Shown in pieces: positions 27,293 to 36,039 of a stretch of DNA of 64,000 nucleotides (position 1 is the first letter of the stretch; each line of letters opens with the position of its first letter). Below the pieces are notes generated by a model. It saw only the letters and a list, made by a program, of their open reading frames with translations, made no database searches and was not told the DNA's origin. Origin of the DNA: Candidatus Omnitrophota bacterium (GTDB lineage Bacteria > Omnitrophota > Gorgyraeia > Gygaellales > Profunditerraquicolaceae); assembly GCA_016208765.1 (NCBI GenBank), contig JACQXK010000001.1, forward strand, positions 128,218 to 192,217, written 5' to 3'. Made by a program: the position numbers and the translations under genes.

Positions 27293-28546
27293 GTGAAAAG
27301 ATTTGCAGCGATATTATTAGCAGTATTAACTTTATCCGGGTGCGCCACTTACAGGTTTCAAACAGGCCAGCCTCCTTATAATAAAGGTTATGTGGTTGAA
27401 AGAAGCGGCCAGCCTATTGTAGATTATACAGTAGGAAAAAACAACACTGTGCCTTCGGACCTGAAGCTTGCAGTTGAGCGTTTCTATCGTCGTAGAGATA
27501 CTGTTGAGGCTTATTATAAAAAGATGGGTGAGATGGAGGGTAGGTTTAAAGAAGTTTTCTTAAATCCTCCTATTGCCATCGTGCAATTTATCGGAGGATT
27601 CTTCCACCTGCCTTATCTTTATTATTCTAATTATAAATATGAGCATGATCCTAAATACCGCAAAGAAGTTGATAAGGAACAAAATGAACGTCTTGCTGCT
27701 GAACTGGCGCGCAAAAAAGCCGTGCGAGATGAACTCAATGCTTACATAGAGAAGGATTTGGCAAAGGAACCGGTTTTAGCTAAAGAGCCTGAAGTTGTGG
27801 AGACCAAAGTTGAAGAAGTAAAGGTTGCATTAGCCGAAGGAGAAAAAACAACTGTTGTTAAAGAGGAGATAGAAGAACCAAAGGCAAGCACAGAGGCAAA
27901 CCTTGATGTAAATGCTTCAGTGGTAACTGAAGCAAAACCTGCTGAAGTTGAAAAATCTGTAGTTGAGCCTGTTGTTGAAGAAAAAGTTACAGCAGTGCCT
28001 GTTGTCCAGGCAGAGAAAATTGTAACAGAGCCTGCTAAAGAGCCTGTTGCAGGGCCTGCGCAGGAAGAAATAATTGTAACAGAATCTACTCCGGCAGAAA
28101 AGATTACAACAGAACCTGCTTTGACAGAGAAGGCTACAGCAGAGCCAGCTATGGTAGAAAAGGTAGAAACATCTCCTCAGGTTGTTGAGAAACCAGAGCC
28201 TGTTCTTGAAGTTACAGTAAGAAAAGTTGAAGCGCCGAAGATAACCAAAGAAAAAGTAAAACCGCAGGCACAGCCTCCGGTAGCCATAATCATTGCTAAG
28301 CCTGCAAAAGGTTATTCTCCTTTGAGAGTTAAATTTTATGGGCATAAATCCCATTCCCGCGGTTCAAGAATAATCGCCTATCAGTGGGATTTTGGCGACG
28401 GCACCACCTCTAATAAAAAAGACTTCGTTAATACCTACTGGAGCGTTAGCTATGGCTCCAGAAATTTCCCCGTTACACTTACCGTTACTGATAACCGCGG
28501 CAATACCGCCACCGCAACTACGGTTATTGAAGTAAAAAGCAAATAA
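27293..28546 (+). CDS. Lipoprotein with a long E/K/V/P/T-rich linker and C-terminal PKD domain
   Basis: Lipobox LSGC; EKxxTEPA-like repeats; YQWDFGDG and VTLTVTDNRG. Confidence 0.85.
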   Translation: MKRFAAILLAVLTLSGCATYRFQTGQPPYNKGYVVERSGQPIVDYTVGKNNTVPSDLKLAVERFYRRRDTVEAYYKKMGEMEGRFKEVFLNPPIAIVQFIGGFFHLPYLYYSNYKYEHDPKYRKEVDKEQNERLAAELARKKAVRDELNAYIEKDLAKEPVLAKEPEVVETKVEEVKVALAEGEKTTVVKEEIEEPKASTEANLDVNASVVTEAKPAEVEKSVVEPVVEEKVTAVPVVQAEKIVTEPAKEPVAGPAQEEIIVTESTPAEKITTEPALTEKATAEPAMVEKVETSPQVVEKPEPVLEVTVRKVEAPKITKEKVKPQAQPPVAIIIAKPAKGYSPLRVKFYGHKSHSRGSRIIAYQWDFGDGTTSNKKDFVNTYWSVSYGSRNFPVTLTVTDNRGNTATATTVIEVKSK

Positions 28547-28563
28547 ATAATTCAAGAAATTTT

Positions 28564-28594
28564 TGTTAGATTTTGCTACTTCCTGTGTCTATTA
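28564..28594 (+). promoter_or_regulatory. Candidate ECF promoter, copy 2
   Basis: TGTTAGATTTT-N9-TGTGTCTATTA directly before the AGGAGG RBS of the gene at 28612. Confidence 0.7.
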
Positions 28595-28611
28595 GTATAG
28601 GAGGTGGCAAA

Positions 28612-30165
28612 ATGAAGAAGAAGGTTTTGTTTTTTGGCGCAGTTTTCTTAGGGGTTTTTCTGCATGTCTTGGGCCAGGGTTTGGAGTGGGAAGATATTAG
28701 CGGAGGGAATCTGAATTTTAGGTCAGTCTTAGTTGATGATGCCAATCCGCAGTTGATTTATTCAGGAACTAACCGTGAAGTGCTAAAAACTGAAGATGGT
28801 GGAAAGATCTGGCGTAGTATTTTAAGGGTCAAGGGGCAGGATACAAATGTAAATTTTATTTCTTTTGACAACTCAAACAAAAATATTCTTTATGCTGCCA
28901 CCGGCAATGGTTTGTATGTAAGCAATAATCAAGGCAGGCGCTGGGAAAGAATTTTTAAAGGAAAAAGCTCGGCAGAGGCAGAATGTACAGCAGTGGTTGC
29001 TACCGGCATAAATATTTTCTTAGGCACAAAAGCAGGTTTATTTTACAGCCAGGATAAAGGGCGCACCTGGCATAAAGAAATTGGTAAAATCGGGACAAAC
29101 CGTATTTTAACAATTGCGCAAAGCTTTCGTGATGAAAAGAATATCTATGTTGCCGGTGTTGACGGTGTGTTCAGGACTAAAAATAACGGCAATGATTGGG
29201 AGAGAGTTTTTGTTGCGCACCCCGTAGAAAATGGCAATGAAGACGATAATCCAGAGGATGATCATGATGAAGAAAAGCGTTATTCAGGAGTGCGCTATAT
29301 TTGCCTTGATCCTAATAATCATGCTTACCTATATTTATCTTCTGATAAAGGGGTGTATAAAAGCAGCGATCAGGGGAATACCTGGTATTTGTTGTCGGAT
29401 TACGGTTTAATAAATAAGGAAGTCAGTTTTATTTTCATGGACGAAAATTCTAATCTTTATGCAGCAGCAAGATCAGGTATTTTTGAATATAAGAATGAGC
29501 GTTGGAAAGAGTTGTCTTTTGGCTTGTCTGCAGGAGAAGTGAGATTTCTGGCGCATGATAATAAACGTAACTTATACGCTGCTTGCGAAAAAGGGTTGTT
29601 TAAGGCCGGCCTTGATAATTTTGTTAATTATAAACCGGGGAATCCTTTGGTTTTTTATAGCGAGGGAGAGCCAAGGATTGGAGATGTGCAAAAGGCAGCG
29701 ATAAAATATGCAGAGGTAGAGCCAAATAAAATAATAAAATGGAGAAAGCAGGCGGCAAAGAAGGCGATTATGCCGCAGGTAAGCGCAGGAGTTGGCCGTA
29801 ATGTAACCGATCTTTGGCATTGGGAGGGAGGGTCTACTACCAAGCCTGAAGATGATATCTTAAGGCGCGGTAACGATGCCATAGAATGGGATGTTACTTT
29901 AAGCTGGGATCTAAGCGAGCTAATCTGGAATAATGATCAGACTTCAATTGATACAAGGTCGCGTTTGATGGTGCAATTGCGGGATGATATTTTAGATGAG
30001 GTAACTAAAACTTATTTTGAGCGCATGCGCGTAAAGATTGAATTGAATAATCTGGCTATTGAAGATAAAAAGCGCAGGATTGAAAAAGAGCTCAGGCTTC
30101 AGGAATTGACTGCTTCGTTAGACGCTCTAACCGGAGGTTATTTTACACAAAATATCAAAGGTTAA
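28612..30165 (+). CDS. Exported BNR/Asp-box beta-propeller protein with a C-terminal OEP(TolC)-repeat-like region
   Basis: Signal peptide; five S/TxD/NxGxxW boxes; C-terminal PQVS..WDVTLSWDL..EVTKTYF..LDALTGGYF; start moved to ATG 28612. Confidence 0.75.
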   Translation: MKKKVLFFGAVFLGVFLHVLGQGLEWEDISGGNLNFRSVLVDDANPQLIYSGTNREVLKTEDGGKIWRSILRVKGQDTNVNFISFDNSNKNILYAATGNGLYVSNNQGRRWERIFKGKSSAEAECTAVVATGINIFLGTKAGLFYSQDKGRTWHKEIGKIGTNRILTIAQSFRDEKNIYVAGVDGVFRTKNNGNDWERVFVAHPVENGNEDDNPEDDHDEEKRYSGVRYICLDPNNHAYLYLSSDKGVYKSSDQGNTWYLLSDYGLINKEVSFIFMDENSNLYAAARSGIFEYKNERWKELSFGLSAGEVRFLAHDNKRNLYAACEKGLFKAGLDNFVNYKPGNPLVFYSEGEPRIGDVQKAAIKYAEVEPNKIIKWRKQAAKKAIMPQVSAGVGRNVTDLWHWEGGSTTKPEDDILRRGNDAIEWDVTLSWDLSELIWNNDQTSIDTRSRLMVQLRDDILDEVTKTYFERMRVKIELNNLAIEDKKRRIEKELRLQELTASLDALTGGYFTQNIKG

Positions 30166-30182
30166 TGGTGATCTTATGGTAA

Positions 30183-30248
30183 GTCATTCCCGCGTATGCG
30201 GGAATCCAGCCACGGGAACGCCTGGATGCCCGCTTTCGCGGGAATGAC
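30183..30248. repeat. dRS3/REP-like inverted pair (ATTCCC-N8-GGGAAT units)
   Basis: gtcattcccgcgtatgcgggaatccag ... ctggatgcccgctttcgcgggaatgac. Confidence 0.8.
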
Positions 30249-30328
30249 AATATCTACTCCCAACGCGACGATAAAATTAGGTTTAAAGTTGTGCTTAAAT
30301 AGTGTATAATTATAATAGGAGGAAGGAT

Positions 30329-30709
30329 ATGAGTAAAATAACAGTATTTACGATAATTTTGGTTTTATTTGCCGGCCTTGGATTCTGCGAGGAAATGAAG
30401 AAGAACCAGTATAACGAAGATTGGACATACCGCCAGGAAAGCGATAAGCCCAAGACCAATCCTTATTCAGGTGAATGGCAGACTGTACCCGGTGAAAAAA
30501 ACATAAAATATAATCCGTACCGGGAAGATTGGACATATGAACAGGAAGCGGATAAGCCAAGATATAATCCTTATTCAGGTGAGTGGATTGATATAAATCC
30601 TGATGAAGATATGAGGGCTCAGTCCGAATTGAAAGAAAAGAAAGAAGAAAAAGATAAGTCTACTACTGGCAACAGCTCTGGTTCTGAAACTAAAAAAAAT
30701 GAAGAATAG
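30329..30709 (+). CDS. Small exported protein with four NPY..xW repeats
   Basis: Signal-like N-terminus; NQYNEDW, NPYSGEW, NPYREDW, NPYSGEW; AGGAGG RBS. Confidence 0.75.
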   Translation: MSKITVFTIILVLFAGLGFCEEMKKNQYNEDWTYRQESDKPKTNPYSGEWQTVPGEKNIKYNPYREDWTYEQEADKPRYNPYSGEWIDINPDEDMRAQSELKEKKEEKDKSTTGNSSGSETKKNEE

Positions 30710-31169
30710 GTTTTTCTTTTTTACAATTGCTGCAATTTTGTTTTCTGCAGTAACAGCGTTTGCCGAAACTTCCGTTAAAGCCGAAGTTGATAAAACAAAA
30801 TTATCCACTGATGATGCGCTTACCTATAAAATTGTTGTAATTTCTGACGAGAAAAAAGTTCCCGCTCCGGAGTTGCCAAAGTTTGGAGGTTTTAGGGTCA
30901 TTTCCAATGCCCAATCTTCTACAACTTCGTTTGCAAAAAATGGATTTAAGAGGATTTTAGTTTATGCTTATGTTTTGGTTCCTTATTCTACGGGAAAACT
31001 TAAAATTGAACCAAGCAAGCTTAAAATCGGAAGCAGGGTTTATGAATCAAAGCCTTTTGAGATAGAGGTGACGCAGGGAAAAAATAAGCCGGTTATGCCA
31101 CCTAAAACAAAGTCAGCCCCCCAGAGAAATATTCCTTCCGGCCCACGTGAGCCGCAGTATACATTATAG
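30699..31169 (+). CDS. Single-domain BatD-family exported protein
   Basis: Signal peptide; VKAEVDK, F.V....QSS, Y.YVLVP...GKL.I.P. Confidence 0.75.
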   Translation: MKNRFFFFTIAAILFSAVTAFAETSVKAEVDKTKLSTDDALTYKIVVISDEKKVPAPELPKFGGFRVISNAQSSTTSFAKNGFKRILVYAYVLVPYSTGKLKIEPSKLKIGSRVYESKPFEIEVTQGKNKPVMPPKTKSAPQRNIPSGPREPQYTL

Positions 31170-31174
31170 CTTTT

Positions 31175-33244
31175 ATGAAAAGCACCCTTCAAAGCCCTAT
31201 TCAATACTTAAAAGGCATCGGGCCAAAAAGAGCGGATAAATTTTCCAAACTTGGAATTAATAGCATTGAGGACCTGCTGTATTATTTCCCCCGCCGGTAT
31301 GAAGATCGCACAAACTTTGTTTTAATTAAAGGCCTCAAGGAAGGCCAAGTCCAGACTATAAAAGCTGAAATAATTGCAGGCGGGCAGCGAAATTCATGGC
31401 GCAGAAGGTCTTTTAGCATTACTGAGGCGTTTGTAAAGGATGATAGCGCGCGGATTTCCTGTGTTTGGTTTAACCGTCCGTATTTAAAGAATTATTTAAA
31501 GCCGGGTGTAAAACTGATCCTTCACGGCAAGCCGGAACTAAGGCAGAATGGTTTGCAGATGAATAACCCGGAGTTTGAGATTATATCAGATGAAGATGAG
31601 CCGCTAAGCGCAGGAAGGATTGTCCCTGTTTATTCCCTGCCCGAAGGTTTCTCTCAGAGGTATTTTCGCAGGCTGATTAAACAATCGCTTGATAGCCATG
31701 TTTCACAGATTATTGATTGCCTTGCTTATGATATCAGGCAGCGTAATAATTTGCTTAATTTGGCGCAGAGTTTGTTGAATATCCATTTCCCCGTTGATTT
31801 AAAGATCCAGAAACAGGCGTACGAGCGGCTTGCTTTTGAAGAATTTTTTCTTTTTCAGATCCCGCTTGTTTTAAGAAAGTTCAAGAGAAAAGAAAAGAAA
31901 GGTATTGTGCATAAAGTAAAAGGGGATTTGCTGGATGATTTCTTAGCACATATGCCGTTTGTCTTGACCAAATCGCAGCTTAAGGTGGTAGATGAAATAA
32001 AAAAAGATATGTCCGGGCAGGCTGCGATGCAAAGGCTCCTGCAGGGCGATGTTGGTTCAGGGAAAACCATAGTTGCCCTGATCGCTGCTGCGGTTGCTTG
32101 GCAGGGAGGTTATCAAACAGCTTTTATGGTGCCGACGGAAATTCTGGCCAGGCAGCACTTTGAGAAAATCGGCAGTTTAATGAAAGAGGCAAAAGCAGGT
32201 TTATTGGTGAGCAGCTTAGACAAAAAGGAGAAGCAAAAGATTCATCGTGCATTAAAAGAAGGCCAAATAGATATATTGATCGGCACGCACGCGCTCTTAG
32301 AGGAAGATGTACAGTTTAAAAACTTGGGATTGGTGGTTATTGATGAACAGCATAAGTTTGGAGTCGGGCAGCGCGCACTTTTACCGCAAAAGGGTATTAA
32401 CCCCGATTGCCTGATCATGACCGCTACCCCTATTCCGCGCACCCTGGCAATTACCATTTATGGAGATCTGGATATTTCAATTATTGATGAGCTTCCTCCG
32501 GGAAGGCAGCCGGTTAAGACCATGTATTTTACTAAGAAACAGCGCTTAAAGGCTTATGAATTAGTTGAGGCCGAGCTTAAACAAGGCAGCCAGGCGTATA
32601 TTGTTTATCCGGTTATTGAAGAGTCGTTCGCGCTTGATATGGACGGGGCCAAAGAAATGTATCAGCAATTAAGCGCAGGTGTATTTAAGGAATTTAAGTT
32701 AGGCTTAATTCATGGCAGGCTTAAACAGCAGGAGCAGGACGAGATTATGTTTAAGTTTAAAAATAAAGAGCTGGATGCTTTGGTTTCTACAACAGTTTTA
32801 GAAGTTGGTATTGATAATCCTAATGCTACCTGTATGGTGGTAGAAGAGGCGCACAGGTTTGGTTTAAGCCAGCTGCATCAACTACGAGGGCGGGTGGGCC
32901 GAGGAGAAAAGCAATCTTTTTGCATGCTTGTTTCTGATGCTCAGGGGCAGGAGGCTATGGCACGTATCCAGGCAATGGTGCAATATAGCGACGGTTTTAA
33001 GATTGCCGAGGAGGATTTAAAAATTCGCGGGCCGGGTGAGTTTTTCGGCAGCCGGCAGCATGGTTTGACTGAATTAAAGATCGGGAACCCTTTGGTGCAG
33101 ATGCAATTGTTAAAGCGCTCGCGCGAGGAAGCAATCAAGCTTTTAGAACATGATGAGCGTTTGGAGCAAAGGCAAAACTTGGCTTTAAAGGAAAAATTAT
33201 TACAAAGGTTCCCGGAATATGAGAAATTAGTAATGGTGGGTTAG
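31175..33244 (+). CDS. recG: ATP-dependent DNA helicase RecG
   Basis: RLLQGDVGSGKT, DEQH, MTATPIPRTL, QLHQLRGRVGRG. Confidence 0.97.
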   Translation: MKSTLQSPIQYLKGIGPKRADKFSKLGINSIEDLLYYFPRRYEDRTNFVLIKGLKEGQVQTIKAEIIAGGQRNSWRRRSFSITEAFVKDDSARISCVWFNRPYLKNYLKPGVKLILHGKPELRQNGLQMNNPEFEIISDEDEPLSAGRIVPVYSLPEGFSQRYFRRLIKQSLDSHVSQIIDCLAYDIRQRNNLLNLAQSLLNIHFPVDLKIQKQAYERLAFEEFFLFQIPLVLRKFKRKEKKGIVHKVKGDLLDDFLAHMPFVLTKSQLKVVDEIKKDMSGQAAMQRLLQGDVGSGKTIVALIAAAVAWQGGYQTAFMVPTEILARQHFEKIGSLMKEAKAGLLVSSLDKKEKQKIHRALKEGQIDILIGTHALLEEDVQFKNLGLVVIDEQHKFGVGQRALLPQKGINPDCLIMTATPIPRTLAITIYGDLDISIIDELPPGRQPVKTMYFTKKQRLKAYELVEAELKQGSQAYIVYPVIEESFALDMDGAKEMYQQLSAGVFKEFKLGLIHGRLKQQEQDEIMFKFKNKELDALVSTTVLEVGIDNPNATCMVVEEAHRFGLSQLHQLRGRVGRGEKQSFCMLVSDAQGQEAMARIQAMVQYSDGFKIAEEDLKIRGPGEFFGSRQHGLTELKIGNPLVQMQLLKRSREEAIKLLEHDERLEQRQNLALKEKLLQRFPEYEKLVMVG

Positions 33245-33248
33245 GCTT

Positions 33249-33842
33249 ATGATAAGGATTACTACAGGAATATATAAGAGGATGCACATTTTGATGCCAG
33301 AGGGAATCCGTCCGACACAAGACAAGGTGAGAAAAGCCCTGTTTGATATTTTGGGGGATATTGAAGGATTGTCTTTTTTGGAGCTTTTTGCCGGTTCCGG
33401 AGCAGTGGGCTTTGAGGCTGTGTCAAGAGGAGCGGGAGAACTGGTTTTAGTAGAGCAAAACCGTGCCTGCATATCTGTAATAAAGAAGAATATTGAGCTT
33501 TTGAAGCTGGATGAGAGTATCCTATTTTCTCAGGATGTAGATAAGGCAGTAAAGACTTTTCATACTCAAGGCAAGGTTTTTGACCTTATTTTTATGGATC
33601 CCCCGTATTCTAACCCCCACACCAATTGGTCTATCGCTACGGATATTTTCCCAATTGGTGTGGGGGCAAAAAAAACCTTGCAAACCCTGGGGGCTTATGA
33701 TATATTATCGCCCAATGGTTTTATTATAGTTGAGCATTTTAAGAAAGACGCCTTACCGCAAGAGCAGGATAAACTGGTCAGGTTCAAAGAGGCAAAATAC
33801 TCAGATACCCTGCTTTCATTTTATAAAAAATGTGCCAAATAG
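33249..33842 (+). CDS. rsmD: 16S rRNA m2G966 methyltransferase, with an in-frame palindromic insertion
   Basis: IRPT.DKVR, LFAGSGAVG.EA.SRGA, DPPY; located upstream of coaD. Confidence 0.92.
   Translation: MIRITTGIYKRMHILMPEGIRPTQDKVRKALFDILGDIEGLSFLELFAGSGAVGFEAVSRGAGELVLVEQNRACISVIKKNIELLKLDESILFSQDVDKAVKTFHTQGKVFDLIFMDPPYSNPHTNWSIATDIFPIGVGAKKTLQTLGAYDILSPNGFIIVEHFKKDALPQEQDKLVRFKEAKYSDTLLSFYKKCAK
33614..33666. mobile_element. Miniature palindromic element inside rsmD
   Basis: Perfect 16-bp IR cccccacaccaattgg/ccaattggtgtggggg; reads through in frame. Confidence 0.75.
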
Positions 33843-34312
33843 CCATATATCCAGGGACTTTTGACCCAGTTACTTACGGTCATATTGATATAATTAAGCG
33901 CGCCCAGGAAGTGTTTTCTGAGGTTATTATAGGGGTTGCGCACAATCCGCATAAGAAACCTCTTTTTGATGTTAATGAAAGAGTGGGTTTGTTAAAAAAA
34001 GCGACCAGGGATTTTAAATCTGTTGAGGTATGTGATTTTAACGGGCTGGTGGTTGATTTTGCGCGTAAGCGTAAGGCAAAGGTAATAATCCGAGGCCTAC
34101 GCATGCTTTCTGATTTTGAATATGAATTTCAAATGGCGCTGACTAACCGTAAAATCGCACCGGACATTGAAACTATTTTTATGATGCCGCAGGAATCTTA
34201 CAGTTATCTTTCTTCAAAGCTCTTAAAGGAAGTGGCTTCTATGGGCGCTGATATTTCCAGCTTTGTTCCTGATTTTGTAGAATCCTCGCTTAAGAATAAA
34301 CTGGGAAAATAG
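33830..34312 (+). CDS. coaD: Phosphopantetheine adenylyltransferase
   Basis: YPGTFDPVTYGH, RGLR..SDFEYE. Confidence 0.97.
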   Translation: MCQIAIYPGTFDPVTYGHIDIIKRAQEVFSEVIIGVAHNPHKKPLFDVNERVGLLKKATRDFKSVEVCDFNGLVVDFARKRKAKVIIRGLRMLSDFEYEFQMALTNRKIAPDIETIFMMPQESYSYLSSKLLKEVASMGADISSFVPDFVESSLKNKLGK

Positions 34313-34314
34313 CT

Positions 34315-34722
34315 GTGAAGATTGAAATAAATAAAATTACTCTTGAAGGGATGCGGCTGGCTGAGGATATCATGCCTCAGGCCTTGGATTTAGATACAGA
34401 GATCATCAGGTTCCGTGGCCCGATACATTTAGAAGGGCATGCATATAAGATTACAAACGTAGTTACGGTTGATTTAACTTTAAAAGCTTCTTTAGAGACA
34501 AGTTGTTCTCGTTGTCTTGAAGATTTAAGATTTGACCTTGATAAAAATATTCAACTTAATTATCCGGTTGAAAAAAATGAACTGGTAATTGATTTAGACC
34601 CGGATTTAAGGCAGGAATTGATATTGTATTCTCCGCTTAAGCCTTTATGTAAACCTGATTGTAAAGGGCTTTGTGTTAAATGCGGGGCGGATTTGAATAA
34701 AGAAAAATGCAAATGTGCTTAA
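34315..34722 (+). CDS. yceD: YceD/DUF177 metal-binding protein
   Basis: CSRCL and LC.PDCKGLC..CG; upstream of rpmF. Confidence 0.9.
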   Translation: MKIEINKITLEGMRLAEDIMPQALDLDTEIIRFRGPIHLEGHAYKITNVVTVDLTLKASLETSCSRCLEDLRFDLDKNIQLNYPVEKNELVIDLDPDLRQELILYSPLKPLCKPDCKGLCVKCGADLNKEKCKCA

Positions 34723-34744
34723 TGATTATTGAAAGGAGTTAAAA

Positions 34745-34948
34745 GTGCCACTACCAAAACAAAGACATTCCAAGGCGCGCGGGAGAAAGCGACGCACGCA
34801 TTGGAAATTAACCAAGACTAACCTCGTTTTGTGCCCTCAATGTAAGCAGCCCAGGAAACCTCATAATGTTTGCGCAGTTTGCGGATATTATGACGGCAGG
34901 CAGGTTGTAGAAATTGAAATTAAAGAAAAGAAAAAGAAAGGCCGTTAA
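34745..34948 (+). CDS. rpmF: 50S ribosomal protein L32
   Basis: PK.RHSK.R..KRR, CPQC, H.VC..CGYY. Confidence 0.97.
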   Translation: MPLPKQRHSKARGRKRRTHWKLTKTNLVLCPQCKQPRKPHNVCAVCGYYDGRQVVEIEIKEKKKKGR

Positions 34949-35014
34949 TTAGTGAGTGGTTAATTGGTGAGTGGTGAGTAGACCAATTAAGCAATTAACA
35001 AATTAACCAATTAA
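34944..35014. repeat. Intergenic repeat, copy A (TTAATTGG/CCAATTAA and GTGAGT units)
   Basis: First 47 nt match 40280-40326 at 44 positions. Confidence 0.85.
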
Positions 35015-35019
35015 AAAAT

Positions 35020-36009
35020 ATGAAAATTGTCGTAGATGCCATGGGGGGCGATCACGGCCCCGAAGTAGTAATTAAGGGAGTTATTCAGGCAGTTAACGAG
35101 TATGAAACAGAAGTGGTGTTAGTTGGTAATGAGCCTGAAATAGCTGAGCAGTTAAAGAAAAACAAGTATGCCGGCAACAAGATCCATATCCACCCTTCTG
35201 CTGAGGTAATTGAAATGCATGAACCTGCGGCTACCAGCGTGCGCAGAAAACGCAATTCTTCAATTGTGGTTGGTTTAAATCTGGTTAAACAGCAGAAGGC
35301 AGACGCTTTCTTTAGCGCCGGTAATACCGGTGCTGTTGTCTGCGCAGCTACCCTTGGGCTAGGGTTATTGCCGGGGATTGAGCGGCCGGGCATTGCAATT
35401 ATTACTCCTACCTTAAAAGGCATATCAATTATAATTGACGTGGGTGCAAATATTGACCCAAAACCCAGCCAGCTTCTGCAGTATGGCATTATGTCCGATG
35501 CATATTTCCGTAATATCTTAAATAAGCCTGACCCGACGGTGGGTATATTAAACGTTGGAGAAGAAGAAAGCAAGGGCACGGAGTTTATTAAAGAAGCGTA
35601 TGAGCTTCTGGAAAAAAGCCACCTTAATTTTATCGGCAATGTTGAAGGTAAGGATTTGTTTTCCGGCAAGAGCGATATAATTCTTTGCGATGGTTTTGTC
35701 GGTAATGTTGCTCTAAAAGTAACTGAGAGCGTGGTTGAAACCATGACGACATTTTTAAAACGCAATCTGCTTAGTTCTATGTTAGGTAGAATTGGTATTT
35801 TCTTTTTGATCCCCAGTTTTAAGCGCCTAAAAAAGCAGTTAGATTATTCTGAATATGGCGGAGCGCCTCTGTTGGGCGTTAATGGTGTAGTAATTATCGG
35901 CCACGGCCGTTCAAATGTCAGTGCGATTAAAAATGCTGTCCGGGTTGCCAAAGAAGAAGTAGAGCGTAAATTTACAGAAAAAATTTCAGAAGCAATCAAA
36001 TCACAATAA
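35020..36009 (+). CDS. plsX: Phosphate acyltransferase PlsX
   Basis: VDAMGGDHGP, SAGNTGA, DGFVGNV, HGRS. Confidence 0.97.
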   Translation: MKIVVDAMGGDHGPEVVIKGVIQAVNEYETEVVLVGNEPEIAEQLKKNKYAGNKIHIHPSAEVIEMHEPAATSVRRKRNSSIVVGLNLVKQQKADAFFSAGNTGAVVCAATLGLGLLPGIERPGIAIITPTLKGISIIIDVGANIDPKPSQLLQYGIMSDAYFRNILNKPDPTVGILNVGEEESKGTEFIKEAYELLEKSHLNFIGNVEGKDLFSGKSDIILCDGFVGNVALKVTESVVETMTTFLKRNLLSSMLGRIGIFFLIPSFKRLKKQLDYSEYGGAPLLGVNGVVIIGHGRSNVSAIKNAVRVAKEEVERKFTEKISEAIKSQ

Positions 36010-36039
36010 ATTTGTGAGTGGTAAGGAGCTTAATTAGCC

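Noticed and set aside
34944-35014. Possible CRISPR array from the repeated gtgagtgg and ccaattaa units
   Set aside because: Units are 7-8 nt with no unique spacers and no cas genes; reported as a dispersed repeat instead.
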